Program-made: the position numbers and the translations under genes
From: a virus
Lineage: Duplodnaviria > Heunggongvirae > Uroviricota > Caudoviricetes
IMG/VR virus record: IMGVR_UViG_2541047701_000005
Span: 1 to 39,769 of that record
DNA: 39,769 nt
Strand: one strand, 5' to 3'
Notes under the pieces: generated by a model
Database searches by the model: none
Told to the model about the DNA's origin: nothing
The model's input: only the letters and a program-made list of their open reading frames with translations
In this document: piece after piece, positions 1-9,625 of the stretch
Layout of the letters: the number at the start of each line of letters is the position of its first letter
Numbering within the stretch: the first letter of the stretch is position 1

Positions 1-2175
1 TCATTTCACCACCCAACCAGAATTCCAGCGACCTGATTCTTTGATGTAGAGTCTTCCATTTACGATATCTCGATACTCGCTTCCAGGTGTGGCTATTTGT
101 ACTCCTTCAGGATTTCCAGTGCCAGCAATTATACTGTAACTAACGTCTGTGGCTAAATTCCTAACAATGTTAGCAGGAGGGTAAACGTTATCTGCAACAA
201 TAATATTTGAGCAACTTGCTGTTACATCTACAAAAAACTCATTGCTTATCGAGTTGTGATAACAGTTGTTACTAATCACACCATTTTTAGCAGATGAATC
301 AATACCTATAACTGCGTCTCCAGTTATAGATTCAAATGAATTTGATGTCACAGTGAATCCGTGGCATTCGCAGTTAATATGGACGGCTCTTCTTCCGTTC
401 ATTGCTGTATTACCTACAATTGATATGTTTCTACTTAACAAAGTTCCTTTGTATTCGCCATCATCCTCAAATATATAGAATATCGCCTTAGTCGTATCAA
501 CTTTATTGTTGCTTGCAATCACATTAGCAATGTAATTCCCTCTAAGGAATATCCCATTACATGAATCGACTGTGTTTCCAGTGATGGAAACTCCGTCAAC
601 CCATCTCATATCAAGAATGGTGCCATCACAGGACTCAAAATTATTTCCTGATATCCTCCAGTCTCTGTGAAATATTCTACTACCTTTCAATCCGCTCTCA
701 ATAAATGTTGGTGTAAGGCATGATATCACAGAATTTCCAGTGCAATTTTTAAATGTATTATGATGTATACACACATCTCTTGATGTTTCCCGAAGAGTTG
801 TGCTTACTTTCCTCCCGGTAAATATTATTGCTGGATTAGTGAAGTTTATAAATGTGTTTGAACCAATGTCAACATTTTCCCACCTAGAAAAGCCACGAAT
901 GCCAGAATAAGAATTACCATCAAAAGTACAATGGTGGATTTTTATATCAATAACTGGCTGCGCTCCATCTGTTGAACCGTGATTCCCTACGCCAACAGCC
1001 CATGACGGTAGAGATTCTGACGGTCCAAAATAACAACCAGACACTTTAATGCTAGCGATATTATCATTGCTGGACAATGGTGTTTCAATCTGAATAGCAT
1101 CTGAAAAACGTCTGTTACCTGCCCAATCCATAAACCCCATAAAACGGCAGTTTTCAATACTAACATTTCTCACGCGAGACAAGTCTATAGCATGCGCCCC
1201 AGAAACATTAAGGAATGTGCAATCCCGAAATATAATCCCATTAGTAAAAACAAATTCAAATATACTGGCTTGGTTTTTGTATATATTGCCATTGTTATTA
1301 AAAACACCACCAAATACAGATATATTATTACCACATTCGACTTCAGATGTGTATATGCAAGCAAATGTATTTACACCTGTGTCTGAATTATCAAAAGCAC
1401 GAATAATAGTTGCACCTCGTAGATGTAAACTTGTGTTTGAGTATATCATTATTTTTTTTGTTATTTTTATAAGCCATTCACTACGAAAAGTTAAATTCAA
1501 ACATCCGTTTATCTTTGCGATATTTAAAGCATTCTGTAAGGCATCGCTATCGTCGCTTACACCATCACCTGTAACCCCAAACCATGACGGTGAAACCTCA
1601 TTCCCGTAAACCCTCTTCCACCTTCTACCGTTAAAACCTACAAGAATTGTTCCGTCATTATCTTCTGATGTCGTATCTGTTGGGTCAGCATAGAACACCC
1701 CATCACCGCCATCGAACAAATTATTTCTTCCATAACAGATTATTTTGTCATTTGTGCCATTATATGAACGTATGTCTGTATAATTACCACCTCCTAAATA
1801 CGATACCCCGTCAATCTGATTTAGTTTCTGCTGAAAAATGTCTGGATCATACTTCAGCACATTCGGAAAATAGAACTGCTGCGCACCATACGCATCATAA
1901 ACAGCCATAGAATGGCCTTGCACAGTTACGAACTTGGCAATCTGTCCGTTATATACCGGATATCCAGCAGCGTTAATGATGATTGGTTGCGAAACAGGAA
2001 CGTGAGAACCGTCTTCGTTCTCCACATAAACCTGAATCTGGTTTTCAGGATTTACCGGGTCAGTGTCAATTTTACCGATATAAATTTTGCCATTGGCTAC
2101 GGCTTTAAAAGAACGCGCCATAGTGAAGAGTTGCGAAGGCATACTCACTACAACATTGGCTGTAATGTCTGTCAT
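1..2175 (-). CDS. Tailspike protein: P22 gp9-type N-terminal capsid-binding domain fused to a divergent beta-helix receptor-binding domain
   Basis: 724-aa ORF. First ~110 aa ([11 protein letters not shown]...NVLKYDPD) closely match the P22 tailspike head-binding domain as I recall it; the rest is Asn/Gly/Cys-rich with repeats typical of right-handed beta-helix tailspikes. Located at the distal end of the virion operon. Confidence 0.85.
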   Translation of the reverse strand: MTDITANVVVSMPSQLFTMARSFKAVANGKIYIGKIDTDPVNPENQIQVYVENEDGSHVPVSQPIIINAAGYPVYNGQIAKFVTVQGHSMAVYDAYGAQQFYFPNVLKYDPDIFQQKLNQIDGVSYLGGGNYTDIRSYNGTNDKIICYGRNNLFDGGDGVFYADPTDTTSEDNDGTILVGFNGRRWKRVYGNEVSPSWFGVTGDGVSDDSDALQNALNIAKINGCLNLTFRSEWLIKITKKIMIYSNTSLHLRGATIIRAFDNSDTGVNTFACIYTSEVECGNNISVFGGVFNNNGNIYKNQASIFEFVFTNGIIFRDCTFLNVSGAHAIDLSRVRNVSIENCRFMGFMDWAGNRRFSDAIQIETPLSSNDNIASIKVSGCYFGPSESLPSWAVGVGNHGSTDGAQPVIDIKIHHCTFDGNSYSGIRGFSRWENVDIGSNTFINFTNPAIIFTGRKVSTTLRETSRDVCIHHNTFKNCTGNSVISCLTPTFIESGLKGSRIFHRDWRISGNNFESCDGTILDMRWVDGVSITGNTVDSCNGIFLRGNYIANVIASNNKVDTTKAIFYIFEDDGEYKGTLLSRNISIVGNTAMNGRRAVHINCECHGFTVTSNSFESITGDAVIGIDSSAKNGVISNNCYHNSISNEFFVDVTASCSNIIVADNVYPPANIVRNLATDVSYSIIAGTGNPEGVQIATPGSEYRDIVNGRLYIKESGRWNSGWVVK

Positions 2176-2307
2176 TTAATTTGCTCCAGATACAAGGAAT
2201 CACCGCAGCGTGGCTACGGTTGGTATTTGTTGCATACCGAAACGGTACGATTGTTGATTTGTACAGTAGGTTTTACGATGCCATTCCACCCATTTGGTGA
2301 GGCATTG

Positions 2308-2565
2308 ATGATGTACAGCAAATACGATGAGGCGCAGTTCCACTTGAGGCTTACGCACGAGTTGCACGCTAAGATTAAGCAGCGTGCAAAAATGAATAAC
2401 AGGTCTATCAATTCCGAAATTGTGGCTACGATGGAAGAATCACTCTCCAAACCATCACCTGTAAGCGGGTATCGTGATGAAGAAGAGAGATTGGCCTCAT
2501 TAATCTCGGAGCGAGTAAAAGAAGTTGCGGCTGATATCCTTAGAAAAGAAAAAACCCGCGATTAA
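2308..2565 (+). CDS. mnt: Mnt-like ribbon-helix-helix repressor (85 aa)
   Basis: Internal ATG of listed ORF 1912..2565, preceded by GGTGAGG RBS. NNRSINSEIVATMEESLSKPSPVSGYRDEEERLA resembles P22 Mnt (NGRSMNSELL...SKPSPVTGYRNDAERLA). The upstream part of the listed ORF is antisense to the tailspike gene and not coding. Confidence 0.7.
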   Translation: MMYSKYDEAQFHLRLTHELHAKIKQRAKMNNRSINSEIVATMEESLSKPSPVSGYRDEEERLASLISERVKEVAADILRKEKTRD

Positions 2566-2573
2566 GCGGGTTT
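2530..2573 (-). terminator. Intrinsic terminator of the antirepressor operon (8-bp stem AAACCCGC/GCGGGTTT, loop GATTAA, U-tract on minus strand)
   Basis: Perfect inverted repeat at 2552-2573; on the minus strand it is followed by TTTTTTCTTTTCT. It overlaps the 3' end of the convergent mnt-like gene. Confidence 0.6.
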
Positions 2574-2579
2574 AGTTGG

Positions 2580-2801
2580 TTAGTTATCAAAAAGTCCGTA
2601 CGTTTCTTCTTCTTCAGGTGTAAGGGGAAGAATCTCTACTCTATCTATAGATACCTTTTCAATGTACCCATGAGGTCTACTTAAAATTAAAGCTCTCTCA
2701 TGCCACAGAACTCCAAGAATGTGATACCTTCCAGCATCGCCTTTTACCCTGGCTCTTCCTTTGATTCTTGGCGGCATAATGCCATATTTTTTCTTTGCCA
2801 T
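2580..2801 (-). CDS. Hypothetical protein (73 aa), last gene of antirepressor operon
   Basis: ATG start overlaps the stop of the upstream Ant gene (TAATG coupling). No recognisable motif. Confidence 0.5.
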   Translation of the reverse strand: MAKKKYGIMPPRIKGRARVKGDAGRYHILGVLWHERALILSRPHGYIEKVSIDRVEILPLTPEEEETYGLFDN

Positions 2802-3526
2802 TATGCAACATTACTCCCATGAATCAGGTGTTGTAGTGCTTTAACACCTTCCTCATTGTAGCGGAACGCTTCCACCTGTTTGCTGGAATGCGCAGATTTA
2901 TCCAGGAAGAACTTCCCGTACTGCTCAGTTTTGAGGTTGTTTGCGTTAGCAATGCGACCAATCTTGTTGGCCGTTACTCCAAGCTGCTCTGCAACCTCCC
3001 CTGCTGAGTAGTAATGCTCTTCTATTGCCGGAAGAGGTATTGCATTAAAACCAACGAGCGGGTTGATTATACTTGCTGCCGCTGTCTGCTTTGCCTCCGG
3101 CGCAAGATTTGGCATCAGATCGAACAGATTGGTAACAGCTTCAACCGTCATTTTCAATGTTCGCGCTTGACGATACTCAACAAGTCCACTCGCTGATTTA
3201 CCGCTTTTAATGTGCGCTTCCTGCATACTTTCAAGTTTGTCTACAAGTGTTCGGCGAACTGCTTTAGATTCGCGAGCAGCAACACGAAGCGCCTGCTTGA
3301 TAGTCATGGAGATAACATCAATGTCAGCCCCGTTTTTCCGACCTACACTTTTTGTGTAGGTCTCGCCTTCCAATTCATCCTCAATTTTCTCGATGAATTT
3401 GTTGTTACGTACTGATGGCTCTCCACATAACTTGCGAGCTTCATTAACCATCATCAGAAGACTTTGGCTGTCAATGGTTTTATCCGTGACAACGGATCCG
3501 ATGTTTGCTACATTCTTAAAAGTCAT
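2801..3526 (-). CDS. ant: Antirepressor Ant (KilAC/AntB-type C-terminal domain), 241 aa
   Basis: Start chosen at internal ATG 3526 (MTFKNVANIG...) with AAGGAA RBS. C-terminal region YSAGEVAEQLGVTANKIGRIANANNL...FRYNEEGV is typical of phage antirepressor C-terminal domains. Confidence 0.6.
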   Translation of the reverse strand: MTFKNVANIGSVVTDKTIDSQSLLMMVNEARKLCGEPSVRNNKFIEKIEDELEGETYTKSVGRKNGADIDVISMTIKQALRVAARESKAVRRTLVDKLESMQEAHIKSGKSASGLVEYRQARTLKMTVEAVTNLFDLMPNLAPEAKQTAAASIINPLVGFNAIPLPAIEEHYYSAGEVAEQLGVTANKIGRIANANNLKTEQYGKFFLDKSAHSSKQVEAFRYNEEGVKALQHLIHGSNVA

Positions 3527-3594
3527 TAGGCATTCCTTATGTGGTAGTAAGGGTGTGACATAGGCCGCCAGCAGCACACTGGCGGTTTTCTTTT
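3521..3594 (+). ncRNA. Candidate sar-like antisense RNA covering the ant RBS and start codon
   Basis: Plus-strand promoter-like GTGACA (3486-3491), 17-nt spacer, TGcTACATT extended -10 (3506-3514). Plus-strand intrinsic terminator CCGCCAG-CAGCACA-CTGGCGG (3565-3585) followed by TTTTCTTTT. Predicted ~70-75 nt transcript antisense to the ant translation initiation region, analogous to P22 sar. Confidence 0.35.
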
Positions 3595-3613
3595 GCGCCG
3601 TCCTGTGCACCAA

Positions 3614-4240
3614 TCAATGAATCCATTCCTCGCCGCGAAGTTTTGCCAGCATTGGCTGAGCGTTCTTTACGACAAAATTGTTGGTATCAAGATTCTTCAT
3701 TTCACGAAGAAGTGATTTCTTGGTTTCTTCTGACATGTAGCGAGTCTCATATGCAATATCGTAAATCCTTCCTGAAAGCTCAGAACCAATTTGCTTCATT
3801 CCTGGGTAGATGTGTTTGCACATTTGTTGACTCTTCTCCATCCACAATTGTAAGTAGCAGAGATTAACCAGTTCTTCGTCAGTAAACTGTTTTGCAATCG
3901 GTGAGCATTCTGCCTGCCGATCCAAAATATCCAGCACCCAGCGGCGGAACTCTTTGGCTACCGGAGTGCGAGCAAACATCGCGATTAGGTGGGCACCGCG
4001 TAGTGAGAAAACTCGCACTTTTTTGCGATAATTTCCTGAGGTACTCACTTCGAGTACCTGAGTCATTCCGGCGCTAAACTCATCGCTATACTTGTTATAA
4101 ATCATTGTTACTGCACGACTATTTGCGTATTTAAGTGCAGATGCAATATTAGATGATGTAAACCAAACACCATGCATATCACGGGTGGGCACCAACTCAA
4201 CTCCGTGGAAGTTGTAATCTGATTTTGCTACAATATTCAT
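3614..4240 (-). CDS. Bro-N domain protein (antirepressor N-terminal-type), 208 aa
   Basis: Start at internal ATG 4240 (MNIVAKSDYNFHG...) with AGGAAA RBS. Motifs HGVWFTSSNIASALKY...FRRWVLDIL are typical of Bro-N/AntA domains. Same frame as the downstream Ant ORF, separated by one TGA and 87 nt. Confidence 0.6.
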   Translation of the reverse strand: MNIVAKSDYNFHGVELVPTRDMHGVWFTSSNIASALKYANSRAVTMIYNKYSDEFSAGMTQVLEVSTSGNYRKKVRVFSLRGAHLIAMFARTPVAKEFRRWVLDILDRQAECSPIAKQFTDEELVNLCYLQLWMEKSQQMCKHIYPGMKQIGSELSGRIYDIAYETRYMSEETKKSLLREMKNLDTNNFVVKNAQPMLAKLRGEEWIH

Positions 4241-4313
4241 GTTAGTTTCCTTGCATACGGTTACTGACATAGAGGCCCGGTTTGTGTTCGCGCACTGCCG
4301 GGCTTCACTATTT

Positions 4314-4487
4314 TTATTGGATGACAACATCGCCCTTTGCCTCAAGTTTCATCAATAACTCCATTCGATAAGCTATCTCTGCCTGAATTGACCTATGGCA
4401 TCTTTTTGCTGATTCGCGGATATGTGAATCAACCTTTTCTGTAAAACGAACCTGACGCGGCTTGATGGAAGATATCTTTTCAGTCAT
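4314..4487 (-). CDS. arc: Arc-like ribbon-helix-helix repressor (57 aa), first gene of antirepressor operon
   Basis: Not in ORF track (<60 aa). ATG at 4487 with AGGAG RBS 7 nt upstream. Translation MTEKISSIKPRQVRFTEKVDSHIRESAKRCHRSIQAEIAYRMELLMKLEAKGDVVIQ has a beta-strand then two helices like Arc/MetJ family proteins. Confidence 0.55.
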   Translation of the reverse strand: MTEKISSIKPRQVRFTEKVDSHIRESAKRCHRSIQAEIAYRMELLMKLEAKGDVVIQ

Positions 4488-4586
4488 TATGCACTCCTGT
4501 TTTTAAAAAACTCATAATCTCACTTTTTGTAGTTTGATTATTCACTCACACTCACTATGAGTCAATGAATTTTTTATGGTGAACTA
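4488..4586. promoter_or_regulatory. Divergent promoter/operator region (Pant-like leftward; promoter of CI-like paralog rightward)
   Basis: 99-bp AT-rich intergenic region between divergent genes. Contains repeated CTCACT/ACTCA motifs and the inverted repeat ACTCA-cta-TGAGT. Confidence 0.35.
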
Positions 4587-5228
4587 ATGAATTTTGACGA
4601 TCAATTCCCATCAAGAGTATCTCTGGCAAGACAGTCCAGGGGTATGACGCAGGCGCAGTTGTCGAAATTAGCTGGTGTTGTTCAACGTCAAATAGCTGCA
4701 TACGAGGGTGGTGAGGCTAAACCACGGCTTCGGGTATTGCAGGCATTAGCCAACGCATTAGGTACTACGGCTGAGTGGTTAGCTCTAGGTGAAGGTCAGG
4801 GTCCGGGAACAAAAAACGTCATGCCTGACGTTCTGGTAAAGCAAATACCAATCCTCAAACTAGATGAAGTTATGCATTACCTAAACACAGGTGAACATTC
4901 ATCGTCTAGATTTCATCCAGCAATATACAATGTTGGTGACTCTGCATTTGCATTGACTATTGAAGGTGAAGCTATGACTACAAGTTCAGGTATTAGTTTT
5001 CCCAGAGGATCGGTTGTCACGTTCAGCCCTCTAGTAAAAGCTAAAAGCAAAGATTATGTAATAGCATCATTGGATAAAGAGCAAATATTGAGCTTCAAAC
5101 AGGTTTACATTGGTGAAATAGAGACAAACCTAGTATCCCTAAACCCAATGTATCCTAATATTCTTGTTAGAAATGAAGATGTTAGTATTTTGGCAACCGC
5201 AGTTTACCTTGAAATCCCGTTGCTTTGA
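4587..5228 (+). CDS. CI-like repressor paralog: HTH (XRE-type) N-terminal domain plus lambda-CI-like C-terminal (S24-type) domain lacking the catalytic Ser
   Basis: 213 aa. N-terminus RGMTQAQLSKLAGVVQRQIAAYEGG is an HTH. C-terminal DSAFALTIEGEAMTTSSGISFPRG...SFKQV...LNPMYPNIL aligns by eye with lambda [28 protein letters not shown]...FTFKKL...LNPQYPMIP; the Ser149 position is Ala and there is no Ala-Gly cleavage site in the linker. Confidence 0.6.
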   Translation: MNFDDQFPSRVSLARQSRGMTQAQLSKLAGVVQRQIAAYEGGEAKPRLRVLQALANALGTTAEWLALGEGQGPGTKNVMPDVLVKQIPILKLDEVMHYLNTGEHSSSRFHPAIYNVGDSAFALTIEGEAMTTSSGISFPRGSVVTFSPLVKAKSKDYVIASLDKEQILSFKQVYIGEIETNLVSLNPMYPNILVRNEDVSILATAVYLEIPLL

Positions 5229-5288
5229 TATCCTTTAGGAAGCAACACATTATCATCTGGTATCCTGCACAAAACTAAGGAGGTTGGT

Positions 5289-5678
5289 GTGAGGCAATTT
5301 CTTGCTGCTATGTTCTTATTCATATCTTTTGGGGCTACAGCAGAGTGCTGGGTAGTTGGAGATATGCGCGGAATAAGCTATTCAGAACGAAATAATTTCC
5401 AACCAGAAGAAGATGGTTTTAGTGGAACATTCATCATTAAGACAAGCGGTGAAGATGCCAGCATCACATATTCTGGGGCAGATGCGGGCGGCATGGTTTA
5501 CAAAGCATTGTCTAAAAACTCCATCATAGGAATCGGCGCAAATGGCGAAACTCAACGCGTTATCGACTCATGGGTAATACATCCTACTGGAACAGTTTTA
5601 ATGTCAAAAACCATTTCCGGTTATGGAAATATGGATTCAACCAAAGCTTTTGTTGGAAAAGTAAAAAGAAAATGTTAA
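5289..5678 (+). CDS. Secreted/periplasmic protein of unknown function (129 aa, N-terminal signal peptide)
   Basis: GTG start with AAGGAGG RBS. N-terminal MRQFLAAMFLFISFGATA is a signal peptide. Co-oriented with and 60 nt downstream of the CI-like paralog. Confidence 0.5.
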   Translation: MRQFLAAMFLFISFGATAECWVVGDMRGISYSERNNFQPEEDGFSGTFIIKTSGEDASITYSGADAGGMVYKALSKNSIIGIGANGETQRVIDSWVIHPTGTVLMSKTISGYGNMDSTKAFVGKVKRKC

Positions 5679-5702
5679 CGATTGAATCCAATTCCCCATA
5701 CG

Positions 5703-7532
5703 TTACTGCTGTGTTGCCTCAGTAGCAAACAGCGGTCTGATGGCATTCGCAGCATTATTCAGCGCTCTTTCATAAGCTGGCGTTCCAGCTTTAGTGTTTG
5801 CCAGACGTAAGAGCGCATTCCTTGTTGCTTTGGACTCATACAGGCGCATCATTGCACCGAAACCAGATTCAAGCGCCAGTGTTGCCCCAAGAGTCGCAGT
5901 TGCGCCAATCGTCCTTATCCTGTTAGCTTGCGATTGCCCCGTCTGAGTTACTACATTTGCGGTGTCTGACCTTGCTGTTTGCTGTAGAACTTCATGAAGA
6001 GCATCAAGCTCTTTCATGTGTCTCCCACTGAATATCGTGTTATAGATCTGACCGTCAGATTGCGACTTCAACTTATTTAACTCGGTAAGAAATTTTGTTG
6101 GCGAGTCTCCTGCTTTTTCTGCAATCTTGCTGATATAAGCAGCACGCATAGCGTTCTTTCCATCTTCACTAAGAGCAGGCCATATCCTCTTAATATCTGA
6201 TGGTTTTCTGCTGAATACAACGCTGTTTATTAGCTCTGGAGTAAACTCTTTTTTAGCTTTGTTGAGATTATTCGCAATCCTTTTATTGAGAACCTTATTG
6301 AAGACGTTGGAGTAGTCAGAGTTTGCTTTGACGTATCTGGCGGCCTCTCCAGCCCCCAAATACCGCGCTGCGTTATTCCTCAAATCTGCCCCCATTGCCC
6401 TCTCCACGGCATCAGTTGCGGCTTTCGCGCTATTAGGAAAAACCATGGCATCTCCCTGAATGCTTTCCCTCAAGGCTGACCGCAACTCTCTCAATAGACC
6501 AAAATCTATATCTGGTTTAGCAAGTTCTTCTCGCAAATCGGATAACCCGCGAATCAAATCCTTATTTGCCACTTTCCCAAGCCTGTTAGCTCTGGTAAGT
6601 ACGTTGTCGATAACCTTAATAGATTTTGATGTGTCAACTGGCGTGTCTCCCATTTTGGTTGTAATGTCTTCAATAACGCTTCCGGCCGACTCCTTCCTTG
6701 ACTTCAGAGAACCATACAGATCGTCAACAACAACTGATGGGCTGTATTCACCATATTTCTCAAGCTGTTTTTTAACTAGCTGACTTCTTTTTGCATACTG
6801 CTCAGCTCGCTTTGAGCCTGTTCCCAGCAAAGCCCCCTCAGCATCCTGAGTAAGACCACGAGTGAAAGCATTTTTCGGCGGGATAACATCAGATGTCATT
6901 GGTGTCACGCCCATCGATTCTGATGTGGCAATTTTCTTCGCCACTTCTGGCGCAATATCACCTTTTATAGCCGTTATTCCACGCCCTATTCCCTTTGCTG
7001 CTGCGGAAAGAACACCCTGAGCGGCAAGGTTAACTCCGGCATTTTTAGCTGCATTTTGTGCGAAATCACCTTTCTGATTTGCGGCCTCTGCCAGTGATCC
7101 AATAGCCATGCTTCCTGCCGTTCCAACTCCTGGAACTAAATACCCGCCAATTGTTTCTCCAGCTTGAGCGTAGGGGTCTGTCGGTCGATCGACTGGACGA
7201 TAGACATCATCCAAAACCTTGGGGCCACCAAGCCCCTGACTGATTGCATTAATCAGACTTGCGCCACCCTGCAATACGTCAAATGGTATGTTTACCAGAC
7301 CACGACCAGCCTGTTCTGCAATTTGCCCTGCACTTTGACCACCAGTGAGCCAATCGCCAGCTTGTTGCATCAATGATGGTTCTTCCCGTGTTGGTGCATT
7401 ATTGGCCTGATTAACTGTTTGTTGCTGAACAGCCTGACCAGCAAAATACTCATCAATGGCGGTGCCAATATCTTCCGTGCTCGTACCATCAGGGAAGGTA
7501 AATGTCTTACCGTTTGCAGTTACTTTCATCAT
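5703..7532 (-). CDS. Ejection (injection) protein, P22 gp16-like
   Basis: 609 aa, the same length as P22 gp16, and in the conserved position in the P22-like gene order (7-20-16). Confidence 0.8.
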   Translation of the reverse strand: MMKVTANGKTFTFPDGTSTEDIGTAIDEYFAGQAVQQQTVNQANNAPTREEPSLMQQAGDWLTGGQSAGQIAEQAGRGLVNIPFDVLQGGASLINAISQGLGGPKVLDDVYRPVDRPTDPYAQAGETIGGYLVPGVGTAGSMAIGSLAEAANQKGDFAQNAAKNAGVNLAAQGVLSAAAKGIGRGITAIKGDIAPEVAKKIATSESMGVTPMTSDVIPPKNAFTRGLTQDAEGALLGTGSKRAEQYAKRSQLVKKQLEKYGEYSPSVVVDDLYGSLKSRKESAGSVIEDITTKMGDTPVDTSKSIKVIDNVLTRANRLGKVANKDLIRGLSDLREELAKPDIDFGLLRELRSALRESIQGDAMVFPNSAKAATDAVERAMGADLRNNAARYLGAGEAARYVKANSDYSNVFNKVLNKRIANNLNKAKKEFTPELINSVVFSRKPSDIKRIWPALSEDGKNAMRAAYISKIAEKAGDSPTKFLTELNKLKSQSDGQIYNTIFSGRHMKELDALHEVLQQTARSDTANVVTQTGQSQANRIRTIGATATLGATLALESGFGAMMRLYESKATRNALLRLANTKAGTPAYERALNNAANAIRPLFATEATQQ

Positions 7533-8941
7533 TCCACCGTAAATTGAATGCCTGATTTTGAGGTATATGATCCAACCTGACTCCGTGGTTCTCCTGAAGG
7601 TGTCGAATCTTGTGCTGGCGCTGCGTCAGTATTCATTGACATATACCGCTTAACGGCACTCCCCAATGATTCACCTTTTTTAACATCCAACCCCAATATC
7701 TGACCGCCATTACGCGATTGTCCAGGGTTGCCATTCTCGCTCATCCACTCGGCTTTAAACTCATTAAACTGCGCGTTTCGTCGCTCAAGGTTTGCCATTG
7801 CATCAAGCCATCTTGCGACCGTCTCAGGGTTATCCATGTCAGTTGGCGCACCCTGTCTAACGATCTCAACGTCTTTATCCGTTGCTGGGCCGGGAGGTAG
7901 GAATTTAAGAACCTGACTGTTAACAAGGGCATTTTGGCGAATGCGCAAATCACGCAATGTCGTATCGCTTCCGGTAAGTTTTGCGAACATGTTCTGTGCG
8001 TTACCGAACAAACCTGTCGTTGGTTTTTCTGCTCTGAACTGTTGAGCAAGCGCACTCATGGAATTGGCTGAGTTTGATGATGCTGTGGCATTGTTTACAG
8101 CCGTCTCGATTCCTTTTTCCATGTTTACTGACAGCTTAGGTGCTTCGCTAATCAACTGCTGAGCCTTTTCCTGCGCTTGCTGCATCTTAAACCCGAACTC
8201 TTGCTGATCCAGAGCCAAGCGTTGTGCTGCGATATTGTGCCCAGTCATTGCTGACTGATAGGAAAGGTTTTGCCCTCTCGCCTGAAGTGCTTCACCAGCC
8301 TGATTGCTGCGGATTGTCTCTGCCAGCCTGCCTCGGTCAATTTCACGACCAGCCATCTTGTCCTGAACATTGAAGTAATCAATCGGACCAAGTGCAGCCA
8401 TTCCAAGGTGATCAACAAACTCACCAAATCCTGAAGGGTTCTGCTGATACATCTGAGCAACGCTGTTAGGGTCAACACCGACGCGAGTCAGTTCCTTGGC
8501 GTTGTTTTGCAGCCATGATTGCATTGCTTCTGGAGACGAGGCCGCAAGGCGTGCGCCAGCCGCTAAGGTGCCGATAGAATTGCGCTGGTCTTCGTCTGCC
8601 CACTTCATACCAGACTGAATCTTCTCTAATTGACGAGGATATTTGGTCATCAGATCTCGAACCTGCTGTCGATCACCGGACTGGATGGCTGCCGCATATT
8701 CTTTTTGGAATGCAGCATCCGCTTCCTGTTGCTTTGCGGCTTGATATGTTTGAGCGACACTACCAAGTCCCTGCAACGCCTGAAGGCCGATGTTATTGCG
8801 ACCTGAACGCTCCATTTCGTTGTTCTGGCGAATATAGGCCAACGCCTCACTTACATCACTTGCCTTTGGCGCATTTGAGTTTTGCCCACCGATACCAGCA
8901 AGAAAACCGCCTGAGTTGATTCCTTGTTGCCAAGTAGCCAT
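7529..8941 (-). CDS. Ejection protein, P22 gp20-like
   Basis: 470 aa (P22 gp20 ~471 aa), Gln/Ala-rich, position between gp7 and gp16 homologs, overlapping stop/start. Confidence 0.8.
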   Translation of the reverse strand: MATWQQGINSGGFLAGIGGQNSNAPKASDVSEALAYIRQNNEMERSGRNNIGLQALQGLGSVAQTYQAAKQQEADAAFQKEYAAAIQSGDRQQVRDLMTKYPRQLEKIQSGMKWADEDQRNSIGTLAAGARLAASSPEAMQSWLQNNAKELTRVGVDPNSVAQMYQQNPSGFGEFVDHLGMAALGPIDYFNVQDKMAGREIDRGRLAETIRSNQAGEALQARGQNLSYQSAMTGHNIAAQRLALDQQEFGFKMQQAQEKAQQLISEAPKLSVNMEKGIETAVNNATASSNSANSMSALAQQFRAEKPTTGLFGNAQNMFAKLTGSDTTLRDLRIRQNALVNSQVLKFLPPGPATDKDVEIVRQGAPTDMDNPETVARWLDAMANLERRNAQFNEFKAEWMSENGNPGQSRNGGQILGLDVKKGESLGSAVKRYMSMNTDAAPAQDSTPSGEPRSQVGSYTSKSGIQFTVE

Positions 8942-8950
8942 ATTCCCACC

Positions 8951-9625
8951 TTAAAACAATGATCCAAGACCACCGATAATACCGCCACCAATAGCGCCAA
9001 CAGCTGTACCTATTCCAGGTACCACAGAGCCAATCATCGCCCCTGATGCCGCACCGCTCATGGCACCTCCCAAGGCTGATTGCAGTCCTGATGGTCGGTT
9101 AGCATTAGCCGCAGATGCTGCTGCCTGCTGTTGATACAACTGGCTGACGTTGTTGGCGTAGTTCTGCCCGGCGTTTGCCTGACCTGTAAGAGCACCAAGG
9201 CCGATATTTGCCAGATTGTTGTAGTTGTTCATCTGACCTGACAGCCAGTTTTGACCGAGTGTAGGTGCGATTGCTGCTAACTGGTTTCCTGTTGCTGTAG
9301 AGCCTAATCCACCCGTTGCCTCTGCTGCTGCCAGACTCTGGTAACGCGCCTGCCCTGCAAGGTCTTTATACTGCTGGGAGTTGTAATACTGGTTAAGCGC
9401 CTGACCTTGCCCCTGAAGAGAGGAAAGATTCTGCAACTGTGATACGTACTGCTGAGCGAGTGGCGTGAACGGTGCAAGGTTTTGCATGTTCGTCTGCCAC
9501 ATTTCACGCTGCAGTTCGATGCCCTTTTCAGTTGCGCGTGCCTGGGCTTTTGAACCGCCATCACTGCCACCTTTGCAGTAAACAGTTTTGCTGAGGTGCT
9601 TATTGGCAATCTGGAAAATTAACAT
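8951..9625 (-). CDS. Ejection protein, P22 gp7-like
   Basis: 224 aa, GAGGAG RBS, Gly/Ala/Gln-rich with C-terminal Gly-rich hydrophobic segment; conserved position. Confidence 0.75.
   Translation of the reverse strand: MLIFQIANKHLSKTVYCKGGSDGGSKAQARATEKGIELQREMWQTNMQNLAPFTPLAQQYVSQLQNLSSLQGQGQALNQYYNSQQYKDLAGQARYQSLAAAEATGGLGSTATGNQLAAIAPTLGQNWLSGQMNNYNNLANIGLGALTGQANAGQNYANNVSQLYQQQAAASAANANRPSGLQSALGGAMSGAASGAMIGSVVPGIGTAVGAIGGGIIGGLGSLF

Noticed and set aside
1912-2307. N-terminal 132 codons of the listed 217-aa plus-strand ORF 1912..2565
   Set aside because: This part is antisense to the well-supported tailspike gene and to the intergenic region. Only the last 85 codons, from ATG 2308 with a good RBS, resemble Mnt.
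2801-4240. Bro-N ORF and Ant ORF are in the same reading frame, separated by a single TGA (3614-3616) and 87 in-frame stop-free nucleotides; could be a nonsense-interrupted fused antirepressor or programmed read-through
   Set aside because: The 87-nt spacer has an RBS and ATG for the Ant ORF and a structured terminator/antisense-promoter region typical of an intergenic spacer. A stop-free run of 29 codons is not statistically unusual. Most likely two separate genes.
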